A stretch of DNA of 63,870 nucleotides, the filler included, from Octopus bimaculoides (lineage: Eukaryota), in assembly GCF_001194135.2 (NCBI RefSeq). It is 7 parts of 7 records of this genome, joined end to end, with 100 filler letters (N's around TTAATTAATTAA, not from the genome) between each part and the next. Parts side by side here need not be neighbours in the genome. Positions count along the whole stretch, not along the records: positions 62,034 to 63,870 come from NC_068994.1; 6 more parts are not named here. The stretch is one strand, 5' to 3'. The notes under the pieces were generated by a model, which did not search any database, had not been told where the DNA came from, and was given only the letters and a program-made list of their open reading frames with translations. Positions 63,097-63,870 of the stretch are shown here, one piece after another (the stretch's first letter is position 1; every line of letters starts with the position of its first letter). Both the position numbers and the translations under genes were made by a program.

Positions 63097-63530
63097 TAAG
63101 GCGACGGGCTGGCAGAAACGTTAGTACGCCAGGCGAAATACTTAGCGGTATTTTGTCTGCCGCTACGTTCTGAGTTCAAATTCCGCCGAGGTCTACTTTG
63201 CCTTTCAACTTTTCGGGGTTGATAAATTAAGTACCAGTTATTCACTGGAGCCGATGTAATCGACTTAATCCGTTTGTCTGTCCTTGTTTGTCCCCTCTAT
63301 GTTTAGCCCCTTGTGGGCAATAAAGAAATAAGAAACGTTAGCACGCCGTGCGAAATGCTTAGCAGTATTTCGTCTGTCTTCGTGTTCTGAGTTCAAATTC
63401 CGTCGAGGCCGACTTTGCCTTTCATCCTTTCGGGGCCGATAAATTAAGTACCAGTTGCGTACTGGATTCGATCTAATCGACTGGCGCCTCCCCCCAAATT
63501 TCAGGCCTTGTGCTTAGAGCAGAAAAGAAT
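63097..63530 (+). mobile_element. Head-to-tail dimer of family-B SINEs with two different 3' tails
   Basis: Copy 1 (63097-63330) ends ..gtttagccccttgtgggcaataaagaaata; copy 2 starts immediately at agaaacgttagc (63331) and ends ggccttgtgcttagagcagaaaagaat. Confidence 0.85.
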
Positions 63531-63805
63531 ATATCTGTTTAACTGTTATACAATGTGTGCCTAGTTTTCTCTCCGTGTCTCTATCGTTCTCTCTTTCTCA
63601 ATCTCTCACTTACACATTCATTTTGTTTGTCTATCTTTCTGTCTGTTTCTCTCTCTCTCTCTCTCACTCACTCACTTACTCACTCATTCTGTCTTTTAGT
63701 CTCTCGCTCTCTCTCATTCACTTTGACTATCTTTCTGTCTATTACTCTCTCTCTCTCCCTCACTCTCACTCTCACTCATTAATTTTGTTTGTCTATCTTT
63801 CTGTC

Positions 63806-63870
<65 letters not shown>

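Overview
AT-rich, microsatellite-saturated eukaryotic DNA with many N gaps. The SINE families and repeat style point to an octopod cephalopod; this is an inference, not a database match. Nearly all listed ORFs are microsatellite or N artefacts. The only well-supported host coding sequence is three in-frame, phase-1/phase-1 exons on + (20237-20464 VWC, 21634-22212 FN3 with two large insertions, 23063-23275 VWC) of an extracellular or cell-surface protein. There is also a decayed VWC exon copy (11353-11513) and a possible decayed FN3 exon (~41487-41790). The rest is transposon debris: HERO-like RLE LINE, R4/Dong RT abutting (TAA)n, RTE RT, Penelope-like (PLE) RT and GIY-YIG pieces, Helitron helicase, Merlin transposase, a pogo-like MITE and at least four tRNA-derived SINE families. 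The most striking signal, which the ORF track does not show, is a swarm of minimal type-I hammerhead ribozymes (HHRs) with palindromic helix III. One sits in the tail of a tRNA-headed SINE flanked by an 11-bp TSD (2755-3109). A pair sits in a retrozyme-like 268-nt unit with an inverted 5' copy (28792-29235). An intact one lies at a PLE 3' end (61306-61387), another at 25296-25371, and there are several relics. All folds were read by eye and none is tested. Six TTAATTAATTAA strings inside 44N+12+44N gaps are assembly linkers.
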